Source: Clostridia bacterium (GTDB lineage: Bacteria; Bacillota; Clostridia; Christensenellales; CAG-314). Taken from it: DNA of 32,571 bases. The notes under the pieces are model-generated. The model was not told the origin of the DNA. It saw only the letters and a list, made by a program, of their open reading frames with translations, and did no database searches. The stretch's first letter is position 1, and every line of letters begins with the position of its first letter. The stretch covers positions 1 through 32,571 of the forward strand of contig JAZQUN010000067.1 in NCBI GenBank assembly GCA_045631385.1, in the 5' to 3' direction. The position numbers and the translations under genes are program-made. Shown here piece after piece: positions 23,306 to 31,461 of the stretch.

Positions 23306-24538
23306 TTAGATAACCCATTCGCCATCTTCGAATACAAGTGTTTGTTTGCCGTCAAAGCCAACACCAACAATCTTTAGATCCTTTGTGCCAATCATAAAGT
23401 CAACGTGTTGGATGCTGTCGTTTGCACCTGTTTCAAGAAGTTGCTCTGCTGTCAAATCGTTGCCGTTTTTGATAGTTGTTGGGTATGCCTTACCAAAAGC
23501 CAAGTGGCAGCTAGCGTTTTCGTCAAATAGAGTGTTGAAGAACAAAATTCCGCTGTTAGAAATTGGGCTGTTTTTACCGATAAGTGCAACTTCACCAATG
23601 TGAGCAGCGCCTTCGTCGGACTCGATCAAGCCTTTTAGTGTGTCGTAACCCTTTTCTGCTGTAAAGTCAACAACCTTACCATCTTTGAAAGTTAGGCTAA
23701 ATCCGTCAATAACGTTGCCGTTGTATACAAGTGGTAGTGCATTTTTAACAACGCCGTGTACTTTGTTGCGGTGTGGAGCAGTAAATACTTCTTCTGTTGG
23801 CATGTTTGCTGTAAACATAAGTCCATCTTGACCTTGTTCTTCAGCAGCAAGCCACAAGTGATTGTCTGCAAGGCCAACCATCAAGTCTGTGCCGTTGCTA
23901 GATGTAAAGTGAAGGTATTCAAAGTTGTTGTCGTTCAAAAAGTCTGCATGACGGTGAAGTGTTGCAATGTGATCGCGCCAAGCTTGTGTTGGATCTTCTT
24001 GGTCAAGACGCATAATTTTGCCCATAGCATCCCACATTTTGTCTACTGCAACAGCAGGCTCTTCATTTGGGAAAACTGTCTTTGCCCAAGCTTCTGTTGG
24101 CATAGATACGATTGTCCAACGCAAGTAGTTGCTCATGGTAGCCTTTCTAAAGTCAGCCATAGCAACGCTTGCAGCAACATTTGTCTTTGCAAGTTTTTCT
24201 GCGTCAACACCAGCGTAGATGTTAGGGTCGCCTGCAGAAATAGAAATTAGTGCAACTTTACGTTCGATGCAGTATTTGTTAAACTCCAAAGCAAAGCTTG
24301 GTGTTTCGCACAAAGTTTCGGTAGAAGCGTAGTCGTAGTTGATACGGCTTTGTACTTCGTCTCTCCATTGGATATGCACACGCTTTGCACCTGCTTCGTA
24401 AGCTTTTTTGCTAATCAAGTGAGCAAAGTCAGCACACTTTACGTCGCAACGAATAACAACTTCTTGATCTTGTTGAACGTTTGCGCCAATTTTTACAGCA
24501 AGTTCGGCAAATTGTTGCATTTGTTTATTTGTAAGCAT
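23306..24538 (-). CDS. M29-family aminopeptidase (PepS/AmpS-like)
   Basis: 410 aa. N-terminus MLTNKQMQQFAELAVKIGANVQQDQEVVI and later HIGEVALIG, FFNTLFDENASCHLAFG and DFMIGT are typical of thermophilic-aminopeptidase/M29 proteins. Confidence 0.87.
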   Translation of the reverse strand: MLTNKQMQQFAELAVKIGANVQQDQEVVIRCDVKCADFAHLISKKAYEAGAKRVHIQWRDEVQSRINYDYASTETLCETPSFALEFNKYCIERKVALISISAGDPNIYAGVDAEKLAKTNVAASVAMADFRKATMSNYLRWTIVSMPTEAWAKTVFPNEEPAVAVDKMWDAMGKIMRLDQEDPTQAWRDHIATLHRHADFLNDNNFEYLHFTSSNGTDLMVGLADNHLWLAAEEQGQDGLMFTANMPTEEVFTAPHRNKVHGVVKNALPLVYNGNVIDGFSLTFKDGKVVDFTAEKGYDTLKGLIESDEGAAHIGEVALIGKNSPISNSGILFFNTLFDENASCHLAFGKAYPTTIKNGNDLTAEQLLETGANDSIQHVDFMIGTKDLKIVGVGFDGKQTLVFEDGEWVI

Positions 24539-24571
24539 ATTGTAAGTTTCTCCTTGTAGTAGTATTGTACT

Positions 24572-24600
24572 ATTATACTATTGCAAAGCAATAAAGTCAA
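24572..24600 (-). promoter_or_regulatory. Sigma-A-type promoter for the aminopeptidase gene (minus strand TTGACT-17 nt-TATAAT)
   Basis: Reverse complement of 24595-24600 is TTGACT and of 24572-24577 is TATAAT. AAGGAGAAAC RBS lies before the ATG at 24538. Confidence 0.55.
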
Positions 24601-24618
24601 ACTTTTTTTGTTTAAGGC

Positions 24619-24647
24619 TTGAAGAAATTTGCCTATTGTGGTACAAT
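24619..24647 (+). promoter_or_regulatory. Sigma-A-type promoter for ppiB (TTGAAG-17 nt-TGgTACAAT)
   Basis: -35 at 24619-24624 and extended -10 ending at 24647. GGAGAG RBS lies before ATG 24675. Confidence 0.5.
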
Positions 24648-24674
24648 AAATAAAAAAACATTTGGAGAGTTGTT

Positions 24675-25196
24675 ATGAAAAACCCAATCGTTACAATTAC
24701 TATGAACACAGGCAAGTCCATCAAGGTCGAGCTTTACCCAGACGTTGCACCAAATACCGTTGCTAACTTTGTATCTTTGGTAAACAAAGGCTTTTACAAC
24801 GGCAAGATTTTCCACCGTGTAATCCGCAACTTTATGATTCAAGGCGGTTGTCCACAAGGTACAGGCATGGGTGGTCCAGGATACAGTATCAAAGGCGAGT
24901 TTTCTTCCAACGGATTTGCAAACAGCCTAAACCACACTCGTGGTGTAATCAGCATGGCACGCTCTATGCATCCAAACAGTGCCGGCAGTCAATTCTTCAT
25001 CATGCACGCAGATAGCCCACACCTAGACGGTCAATACGCTGCATTTGGCGAAGTTGTAGAAGGTATCGAAGTAGTTGATGCTATCGCCGACGAATACACC
25101 GATTGGAACGATCGTCCATTTGAGCCACAAGTAATGCAAACAGTAACAGTAGATACTTTTGGGCAAACCTACCCAGAGCCACAAAAGGTAAAGTAA
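24675..25196 (+). CDS. ppiB: Cyclophilin-type peptidyl-prolyl cis-trans isomerase
   Basis: FHRVIRNFMIQGGCPQGTGMGGPGY and SMARSMHPNSAGSQFFIMH...LDGQYAAFGEVVEG are canonical cyclophilin motifs. Confidence 0.93.
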   Translation: MKNPIVTITMNTGKSIKVELYPDVAPNTVANFVSLVNKGFYNGKIFHRVIRNFMIQGGCPQGTGMGGPGYSIKGEFSSNGFANSLNHTRGVISMARSMHPNSAGSQFFIMHADSPHLDGQYAAFGEVVEGIEVVDAIADEYTDWNDRPFEPQVMQTVTVDTFGQTYPEPQKVK

Positions 25197-25207
25197 TTTC
25201 ACAAAGT

Positions 25208-25236
25208 AAAGGACACTCGCACGGGTGTCCTTTTTT
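25208..25236 (+). terminator. Rho-independent terminator after ppiB
   Basis: AAAGGACAC...GTGTCC stem followed by TTTTTT. Confidence 0.85.
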
Positions 25237-25303
25237 GTTGCAGTACATATTTTTTGTTACATTGCCCACACTAATGCCAATTACAACAGGGGGATAGGTA
25301 TAC

Positions 25304-26575
25304 ATGAGTAACGACAAAAAAGATACTACAAGCAGTACTGCTAGTAAAAAAAGTTCTGCTAATAAAACCACTCAAAACAATGGCGTAAATGCTACAAACA
25401 ACGCAACGGTGGTGGCTCAATCCACCAAAAACAAGGCAAAAACTATTGCAATAGTGGGTGTTGTTCTGCTAGTGGCGTTGTTGGGATTTTGGTCTATTAG
25501 GTACTTTGTTCAACAAAGTGCCCAACCGCAAGCAACTTTGCAGGGCGAAACGGCAATGCGTATGGGGCAAAGTCAAGTGCTAACCTTTGACAGCCAACAA
25601 ATCAAGCGTGGTCAAACGGTTTGCTGGTACGTCAACGGCGAAAGGGTGTACTGCCAAAAGTACGATGGTAGGGCATTGAAATATAGATACTCTCCTGCTC
25701 AACAGGGTGTAGACCACATCCGCGTAGACGTTGCGGGCAAAACGTACAAAAGCATGGACGTATCCGTAGGCAAAATCTTGGCAACGGTGACAGTCAACAA
25801 CGTTGTTGCAACCTACGGCGAAGATATTCCAGAGTTTAGCTACACGGTAGAAGGCGCAGATCAACAAGAATTGCCAAACTGTCGCATATATGTGGAAGAC
25901 AAGCCGACGCAGGTGGGCATTTATCCCATCAAATTTGCTTGTGACGAGTGCCAAAACTGTGACTTTGCTGTAACTGAAGGCACATTGGAAATTGTTCCAC
26001 GCACGCTCACACTTACGGGCGAATTTGCAAAAGTGTACGACGGCACAAACACCATCGGACTAGAAGAAATTAGTCTTGACGGCGTTTTGAAGGGCGACGA
26101 CGTGTACATTTGGACGGATACCATTGCCTACTTTGACAACAAAAACGTGGGTGACGACAAGCAAATCCTTTTGCCAAACCTTTCTCTTTGTGGTGATGAT
26201 GCAGCTAACTACTGTGTAGAAACGAGTAACCTTTGTGGACAAATTTTGCCCAAAACCATCACCGTAGAAGGTACTAAAATTGCCAATAAGCACTACGACG
26301 GTACAACCAAGGCGACCTTTGAGTGTGTTGGCAACCTAGTAGGCGTAGTGGATGGCGACGTTGTTGCTATCGGCAACTGCCAAGCAGCCTTTGAAAACTG
26401 CAAGGTTGGTCGAAACAAAAAGGTGTGCGTATCCAACGTGTGCTTGGTGGGACGCGACAAGGGTAATTACACCCTAAAGACAAACTTTGACTGTACTGGC
26501 AATATCGAAAAGGGCTACATGGATTTGATACTAAACAAGCCTGATGTCATCCACGGCCAAACAAAAAACAAATAA
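25304..26575 (+). CDS. Membrane-anchored surface protein with repeated MBG/YDG-type domains, Cys-rich
   Basis: Low-complexity cytoplasmic N-terminus and one TM (IAIVGVVLLVALLGFWSI). Repeats carry KVYDGTNTI, KHYDGTTKATF, GDDAANY and GRDKGNYTL, as in MBG (YDG) adhesin domains. Confidence 0.72.
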   Translation: MSNDKKDTTSSTASKKSSANKTTQNNGVNATNNATVVAQSTKNKAKTIAIVGVVLLVALLGFWSIRYFVQQSAQPQATLQGETAMRMGQSQVLTFDSQQIKRGQTVCWYVNGERVYCQKYDGRALKYRYSPAQQGVDHIRVDVAGKTYKSMDVSVGKILATVTVNNVVATYGEDIPEFSYTVEGADQQELPNCRIYVEDKPTQVGIYPIKFACDECQNCDFAVTEGTLEIVPRTLTLTGEFAKVYDGTNTIGLEEISLDGVLKGDDVYIWTDTIAYFDNKNVGDDKQILLPNLSLCGDDAANYCVETSNLCGQILPKTITVEGTKIANKHYDGTTKATFECVGNLVGVVDGDVVAIGNCQAAFENCKVGRNKKVCVSNVCLVGRDKGNYTLKTNFDCTGNIEKGYMDLILNKPDVIHGQTKNK

Positions 26576-26583
26576 AGACAAGT

Positions 26584-26620
26584 AAAAAGCGAGCGACTTT
26601 TTGTCGCTCGCTTATTGTTT
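26584..26620. terminator. Bidirectional terminator between convergent genes
   Basis: AAAAA-GCGAGCGAC / GTCGCTCGC-TTATTGTTT. The T-tract is stronger for the minus-strand (ttcA) direction. Confidence 0.75.
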
Positions 26621-26624
26621 GCTA

Positions 26625-27377
26625 TTAATTTACGCTGTTGTATTCTTCTTCAAATTTTTCCATTGCTTTGTCCCACAAATTGTATCTTTCGGGATGCATA
26701 ATGGCGTTGGCAAATCTCTCTGCGATGTCGGGATTTGTTTGGCGCAAATAGGCAAGCAAATCCTTCATTTTTTCGCGTTGAGTGTGCTTATCGGCTGGGC
26801 ACGGATTTTTAGAAATTGGCATATCTTTGGTATAGGCTGCAATGTCGCGCTCTGCCACAAACACTAGGGGGCGTATAAGCGTAACTTTGGTACGGCTCAT
26901 GTAGGACTTTGGCGCAAAGGTCGAAAGTCTGCCTTCGTAAAAAAGAGATAGCAAAAATGTTTCTACAACGTCGTCACGGTGGTGACCAAGTGCCAACTTG
27001 TTGCATCCGTACTTAAGCAAAGTGGTGTTGAGTGCACCACGACGCATCTTGCTGCACAAACTACATGGGCTACTTTCTTTGCGTTCTTCAAAGATGATTT
27101 GCGCAATGTCGGTTTTTTCTACAACGTACTCTACGCCAAGCTCGGCACAGTAATCTTTTATTTTGTCAAATTGGTGTTCGTCAAAGCCAAGGTCGATGGT
27201 GATGGCAAGTAGCTCAAACTTTTTGTCGCTAAACCTTTGAAAAGCCTTAAACAGCGTAAGCAAGGCAAGGCTATCTTTGCCACCTGATACGCCTACAGCA
27301 ATTTTGTCGCCGTCGGCTATCATATCAAATTGATTTATTGCACGTCTAAATGGTGCAAGCATGCGTTGGGTTTTCAT
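26625..27377 (-). CDS. ttcA: PP-loop ATPase, tRNA 2-thiocytidine biosynthesis TtcA family
   Basis: PP-loop VGVSGGKDSLALL, CSLCSKMRRG cysteine pair, LALGHHRDD, IRPL. Confidence 0.85.
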   Translation of the reverse strand: MKTQRMLAPFRRAINQFDMIADGDKIAVGVSGGKDSLALLTLFKAFQRFSDKKFELLAITIDLGFDEHQFDKIKDYCAELGVEYVVEKTDIAQIIFEERKESSPCSLCSKMRRGALNTTLLKYGCNKLALGHHRDDVVETFLLSLFYEGRLSTFAPKSYMSRTKVTLIRPLVFVAERDIAAYTKDMPISKNPCPADKHTQREKMKDLLAYLRQTNPDIAERFANAIMHPERYNLWDKAMEKFEEEYNSVN

Positions 27378-27483
27378 TGTTACTCCTAAATTGTTATAGT
27401 GTTATTGTAATGTAATTGTCAAAAATTTTCAACTGTTTTGGCAAATTTGCGTAAAAAAAGTGAAATATGCCGACACTTTGCTA

Positions 27484-27512
27484 TTGCCAAATGGCTGCTC
27501 ATAGTGTATAAT
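27484..27512 (+). promoter_or_regulatory. Sigma-A-type promoter placed for a leaderless patatin mRNA (TTGCCA-17 nt-TATAAT)
   Basis: -35 at 27484-27489 and -10 at 27507-27512. The ATG at 27519 begins only 6 nt after the -10 hexamer, and no Shine-Dalgarno lies between. Confidence 0.5.
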
Positions 27513-27518
27513 TTTACT

Positions 27519-28313
27519 ATGAGTAAAATTAACAAAAAGCAAAAATGTAAATACAAAGTAGGTCTTGCCCTATCTGGTGGTGGGGCTCGTGGCTTTGCTC
27601 ATCTTGGAGCAATGATGGCTTTTGCCGATAACGATATCAGTTTTGACTGTGTTGCAGGCACGTCTGTTGGTAGTCTGTTTGGTGCGGCGTACGCATTGGG
27701 ATTAGACTTAGAGCAGGTAAAAGAGTTTTGCCACACGGTAAAGGATAAGGACTTGGTTACCAAGTGGCTAAAGGTAGGATCTCCATCACACAACATCGAG
27801 CGTGTTGCAGACAAGTTGTTTGACGGTGCCGAGTTTCCTGCAACGCAAATCCCATTTGCGTGTGTTGCCGTTGACCTTGTAAGTGGCAGCGAAGTGATCC
27901 TTTCCAGTGGCTCGCTTGCCAAGGCTTGTTCGGCTAGTTGTGCAGTACCACTTGTGTTTACTCCGGTAGAAATGGACGGAATGGTGCTGGTGGATGGTGG
28001 CGTTGCAAACAACATTCCAGCCGACGTGTGCAGACAGTTGGGTGCAGAAGTGGTAATTGCAGTGGATCTCAACCACACACGTAGCCAAGGAACGAGTTCT
28101 AGCAAAACAATTGATCGTATGGGAGCAGTTTGGCGTGTAATGAGCTCGGCAACTTCATACAAAGGTCAGCACAACAGCGATTTGGTAATCACTCCCGAGC
28201 TACGCATTTTCAAAAGTACTACTATAGCAGATATTGACCGCATGATAAACGAAGGCTATCGCGCAACGGTAGAAAAACTAGACGAAATAAAGTATTTGTT
28301 AAACATAAAGTAG
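27519..28313 (+). CDS. Patatin-like phospholipase
   Basis: Oxyanion GLALSGGGARGFAHLG, nucleophile elbow GTSVGS, catalytic Asp VDGGVANNIP. The track start TTG 27438 adds 27 non-conserved residues and is less likely. Confidence 0.88.
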   Translation: MSKINKKQKCKYKVGLALSGGGARGFAHLGAMMAFADNDISFDCVAGTSVGSLFGAAYALGLDLEQVKEFCHTVKDKDLVTKWLKVGSPSHNIERVADKLFDGAEFPATQIPFACVAVDLVSGSEVILSSGSLAKACSASCAVPLVFTPVEMDGMVLVDGGVANNIPADVCRQLGAEVVIAVDLNHTRSQGTSSSKTIDRMGAVWRVMSSATSYKGQHNSDLVITPELRIFKSTTIADIDRMINEGYRATVEKLDEIKYLLNIK

Positions 28314-28320
28314 GTGCAGA

Positions 28321-29514
28321 ATGAATAAATCTAAAAAAATAAAAATAATAGTTTCAGTAGTGCTTGTAGTAGCACTTATACTTGCTTACAATTTTGGCTT
28401 GTTGGATTCCTTTTTGGAGTCCATCAACAGCCCAATTCCACCAAGATTTCCAAGTGGTAACATTGAAGGTGGTGACATTGTAGAAGGCGAGCTTTCTATT
28501 CATTTTTTGGAGCTTGGCAACAAGTACACGGGGGACAGTGTCTACATCAAGGCGGGCGAAACGGATATTTTAATTGATGCTGGCTCGTCGTACGACTCGG
28601 CAAAGGCCATTGACAACTACATTGACGACTACGTAACCGACGGCAAGTTGGAGTACGTAATTGCAACTCACGGTCACGAAGACCACGTTGCAGGCTTTTG
28701 CCCTACTGCAAGCAACGACAACAAGGGCATTTTTGATAGATACGAAACGGGCATCATTATTGACTTTCCGCTAGTGGAAAAAGACAAGCAAGAAGCCTAC
28801 GATACAGCCGAGGGCAACAAACTTGTAAGCAAATACGCTAGGGCAAGAAACAACGAAGTGGCAGAAGGCGCAGTACACTACACCGCGGCGCAATGCTTCA
28901 ACGAAACGGACGGCGCAAAGCGTACCTATCAACTTGCTGACGGCATCGAGATGGAGATACTTTACAATTACTATTATTTCAATACTTCTAGTGACGAAAA
29001 CGAGCACTCGGTTTGCGTAATGATAAATCAAGGCGATAATCACTACATCTTTACAGGCGACTTGGAAGAAAAAGGCGAAAAAAAGATGGTCGATTACTAC
29101 GAAGAAAACAAAGACCCATTGCCTCAATGCAAGCTTTATAAGGCAGGTCACCACGGTAGTAAAACTTCTTCCTGTCAAGAGTTTATGGCGGCAATCAAGC
29201 CAGAGTACGTTGTTGTTTGTTGCTGTTGTGGAACATCCGAGTACACCGATGCAAACGAAACACAATTCCCAACACAAATATTTATCGACAACGTTGCGCC
29301 ATATACCGACAAGGTGTACGTAACGTCAATAGTAGACAACTACGTAGATAAATCCGACTGGAGCAAGCAAGGCACGGTAAAATCTATGAACGGCAACGTT
29401 GTGTTTGCTTGTACTGATGGACAAATCACCATTACTTGTAGTAACAACGACACCATTTTGAAAGATACCGACTGGTTTAGAGACCATCGCATCATGCCAA
29501 ACGCTTGGAAATAG
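28321..29514 (+). CDS. Membrane-anchored MBL-fold metallo-hydrolase (ComEC C-terminal-domain-like)
   Basis: N-terminal TM IIVSVVLVVALILAY, HxHxDH motif ATHGHEDHVAG, later FTGDLE and KAGHHGS as in ComEC-type beta-lactamase-fold domains. Confidence 0.85.
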   Translation: MNKSKKIKIIVSVVLVVALILAYNFGLLDSFLESINSPIPPRFPSGNIEGGDIVEGELSIHFLELGNKYTGDSVYIKAGETDILIDAGSSYDSAKAIDNYIDDYVTDGKLEYVIATHGHEDHVAGFCPTASNDNKGIFDRYETGIIIDFPLVEKDKQEAYDTAEGNKLVSKYARARNNEVAEGAVHYTAAQCFNETDGAKRTYQLADGIEMEILYNYYYFNTSSDENEHSVCVMINQGDNHYIFTGDLEEKGEKKMVDYYEENKDPLPQCKLYKAGHHGSKTSSCQEFMAAIKPEYVVVCCCCGTSEYTDANETQFPTQIFIDNVAPYTDKVYVTSIVDNYVDKSDWSKQGTVKSMNGNVVFACTDGQITITCSNNDTILKDTDWFRDHRIMPNAWK

Positions 29515-29524
29515 GGGGAAGAAA

Positions 29525-30553
29525 ATGATTACTTTTACCTTTTCGGGCGCATCGCACGGTGCAGGCTACGTCGGTCAAATTGACGGTTTGCCAACAGGCT
29601 TTGTTGTTGACGTAGCGCAAATAAATCAACAGCTTAAGCTACGCAAATGCGGATTTGGACGCAGTGTGCGTCAAAACATCGAAGACGACGTAGTGGTACT
29701 AGAAGGCTTGGTTGATGGCAAAACGGCAGGAACTATCCGTTTTACTGTGGGTAATGCCAGTCACGGACAAAAGCCACCTATTACTGCCCTTCGTGGTAGC
29801 CACGTTGACGTAGTTGCAGCACACAAACTAGGCAAAGAAAACGTTCGCCTTGCCAACGAAACGGCAAGTGCTCGCAACAGCTTGTGCTACGTTGTGCTTG
29901 GGGCAATTTGCAAGCAAATTTTGGCTTGCTACGGCATTGATACTTACAGCTTTACCAAGTCGGTTGGAGGCGTTGAGTGTAACACGTTTGCAACAGGCAG
30001 AGTGGACGACGATATCAACTGCCCTTGTGCTGATACTACACAAAAAATCAAAAATATCATTACTGAATACAAAAGTCAAGGCAACAGTTTGGGTGGAAAG
30101 TCCGTTGTAGTAGCAACGGGTGTGCCTTGTGGCTGGGGAAATTGGTTTCCTTACAGCAAACGCATTGACGGAGCAATTGCCGGCGCATTGATGGCAATAC
30201 CATCTGTCAAGGGCGTAAACTTTGGCTTTGACGTGGATTTTGCTACGCTAGACGGCGTATCCGCTAGCGAGCAACTGCAAGTGGTAGACGGTGCTGTCAC
30301 CTATGCAACCAACCTATCTGGCGGTGTTGTAGGCGGAGTAACTACAGGTCAACCAATTGTGTGCACGCTTACAGTCAAGCCTGTTCCTACGGTAAAGGGT
30401 GCAAAGGGTATCGACTGCAACACGTTGCAAACGGTAGATGCTCACTACGAGCGTGCCGATACCTGCGTGGTAGCCAACGTTGGCGTAATTGCCGAAAACA
30501 TTCTAGCCTACGTTTTGTTGGACTTTGCTCTAACAGAAGGAATACAACTATGA
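29525..30553 (+). CDS. aroC: Chorismate synthase, divergent
   Basis: Collinear with AroC: GASHG (canonical GESHG), LRGSHVDV (RPGHADY), ASARNS (SSARET), GNSLGGKSVVVATGVPCGWG, MAIPSVKGVNFG, GGVVGGVTTGQPI, RADTCVV (RHDPCV). Followed by aroB and aroA. Confidence 0.8.
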   Translation: MITFTFSGASHGAGYVGQIDGLPTGFVVDVAQINQQLKLRKCGFGRSVRQNIEDDVVVLEGLVDGKTAGTIRFTVGNASHGQKPPITALRGSHVDVVAAHKLGKENVRLANETASARNSLCYVVLGAICKQILACYGIDTYSFTKSVGGVECNTFATGRVDDDINCPCADTTQKIKNIITEYKSQGNSLGGKSVVVATGVPCGWGNWFPYSKRIDGAIAGALMAIPSVKGVNFGFDVDFATLDGVSASEQLQVVDGAVTYATNLSGGVVGGVTTGQPIVCTLTVKPVPTVKGAKGIDCNTLQTVDAHYERADTCVVANVGVIAENILAYVLLDFALTEGIQL

Positions 30554-31461
30554 TAACTTTCCAACAATTTGACCTATCCAACTATACTAATGATTTGGTA
30601 GTTACCGACGAAAATTTGTCGCGCTTGTACAACATTTGCGGCTGCAACGTTTTTGTATTGCCTTGTGGTGAGCAAGCCAAAGACTTTGTTTGGGCACAAA
30701 AGCTTTGTAGTTGGTTTTTGCAAAACAACTTGTCAAAGCAAGGTAGCGTTGTTGCAGTAGGAGGCGGCTCTGTTGGTGACGTTGCCGGTTTTGCTGCAAG
30801 CATTTACAAACGTGGTGTAAAGGTGTTGCAAGTACCTACAACGCTGTTATCCATGGTGGACAGTGCGATAGGCGGCAAGACGGCTATCAACCTTGACGGT
30901 GTCAAAAACGCCGTTGGAACAATTGTTCCGGTAGATACTTTGATAGATACACGCTTTTTGCAAACGCTGTCGGATGAGCAAATAGAAGACGGCTTTGGTG
31001 AAATAGAAAAGTACCGTTTGCTTGACGAACAAATCAGCAAATACAAAGGCGATACAGATGACCTAATTGCCTTGTGTGCAAACTACAAGCAAATGGTTGT
31101 GCAAAGTGATTTGTACGACTGTGGGGCTCGTAAAAGGCTCAATTTGGGGCATACCGTTGCGCACGGTTTAGAACTAACCTACGGTATTACTCACGGACAG
31201 GCTGTCAAGTACGGCTTGTACTACGAAATGGCGCTAGCAGTCAAGCTTGGCGTGGTAGAAAAGGCGTTTTTCGACCAATGGACAAGCGGTATTGCGCTAG
31301 ATTTGGCACGCTATCCGCTTACTCAACAAGTGTTGCTTGCCATGACAAAAGATAAGAAAAACTACGATGGGCGTATTGTTTTTGTACTGCCCACACAAAA
31401 ATTTGACGTCAAGGAAGTGGCCTTGACAATGGAGCAATTACAAAACCATGTTGCACTGTAG
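30550..31461 (+). CDS. aroB: 3-dehydroquinate synthase (short, 303 aa)
   Basis: GGGSVGDVAGFAASIYKRGVKVLQVPTTLLSMVDSAIGGKTAINL, RKRLNLGHTVAHGLE, THGQAVKYGL. ATGA overlap with the aroC stop at 30550-30553. The track start 30361 lies inside aroC. Confidence 0.88.
   Translation: MITFQQFDLSNYTNDLVVTDENLSRLYNICGCNVFVLPCGEQAKDFVWAQKLCSWFLQNNLSKQGSVVAVGGGSVGDVAGFAASIYKRGVKVLQVPTTLLSMVDSAIGGKTAINLDGVKNAVGTIVPVDTLIDTRFLQTLSDEQIEDGFGEIEKYRLLDEQISKYKGDTDDLIALCANYKQMVVQSDLYDCGARKRLNLGHTVAHGLELTYGITHGQAVKYGLYYEMALAVKLGVVEKAFFDQWTSGIALDLARYPLTQQVLLAMTKDKKNYDGRIVFVLPTQKFDVKEVALTMEQLQNHVAL

Noticed and set aside
23756-24250. 164-aa plus-strand ORF inside the M29 aminopeptidase gene
   Set aside because: It is antisense to a well-supported gene, and its Cys/Val/Phe-rich translation has no recognisable domain.
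27599-28162. 187-aa minus-strand ORF inside the patatin gene (and the 100-aa ORF at 27786-28088)
   Set aside because: Both are antisense to the patatin catalytic motifs. Their low-complexity Ser/Thr/Ala/Pro-rich translation indicates shadow frames.
28771-29277. 168-aa minus-strand ORF inside the MBL hydrolase gene
   Set aside because: It is antisense to the MBL-fold gene and has no translation signals.
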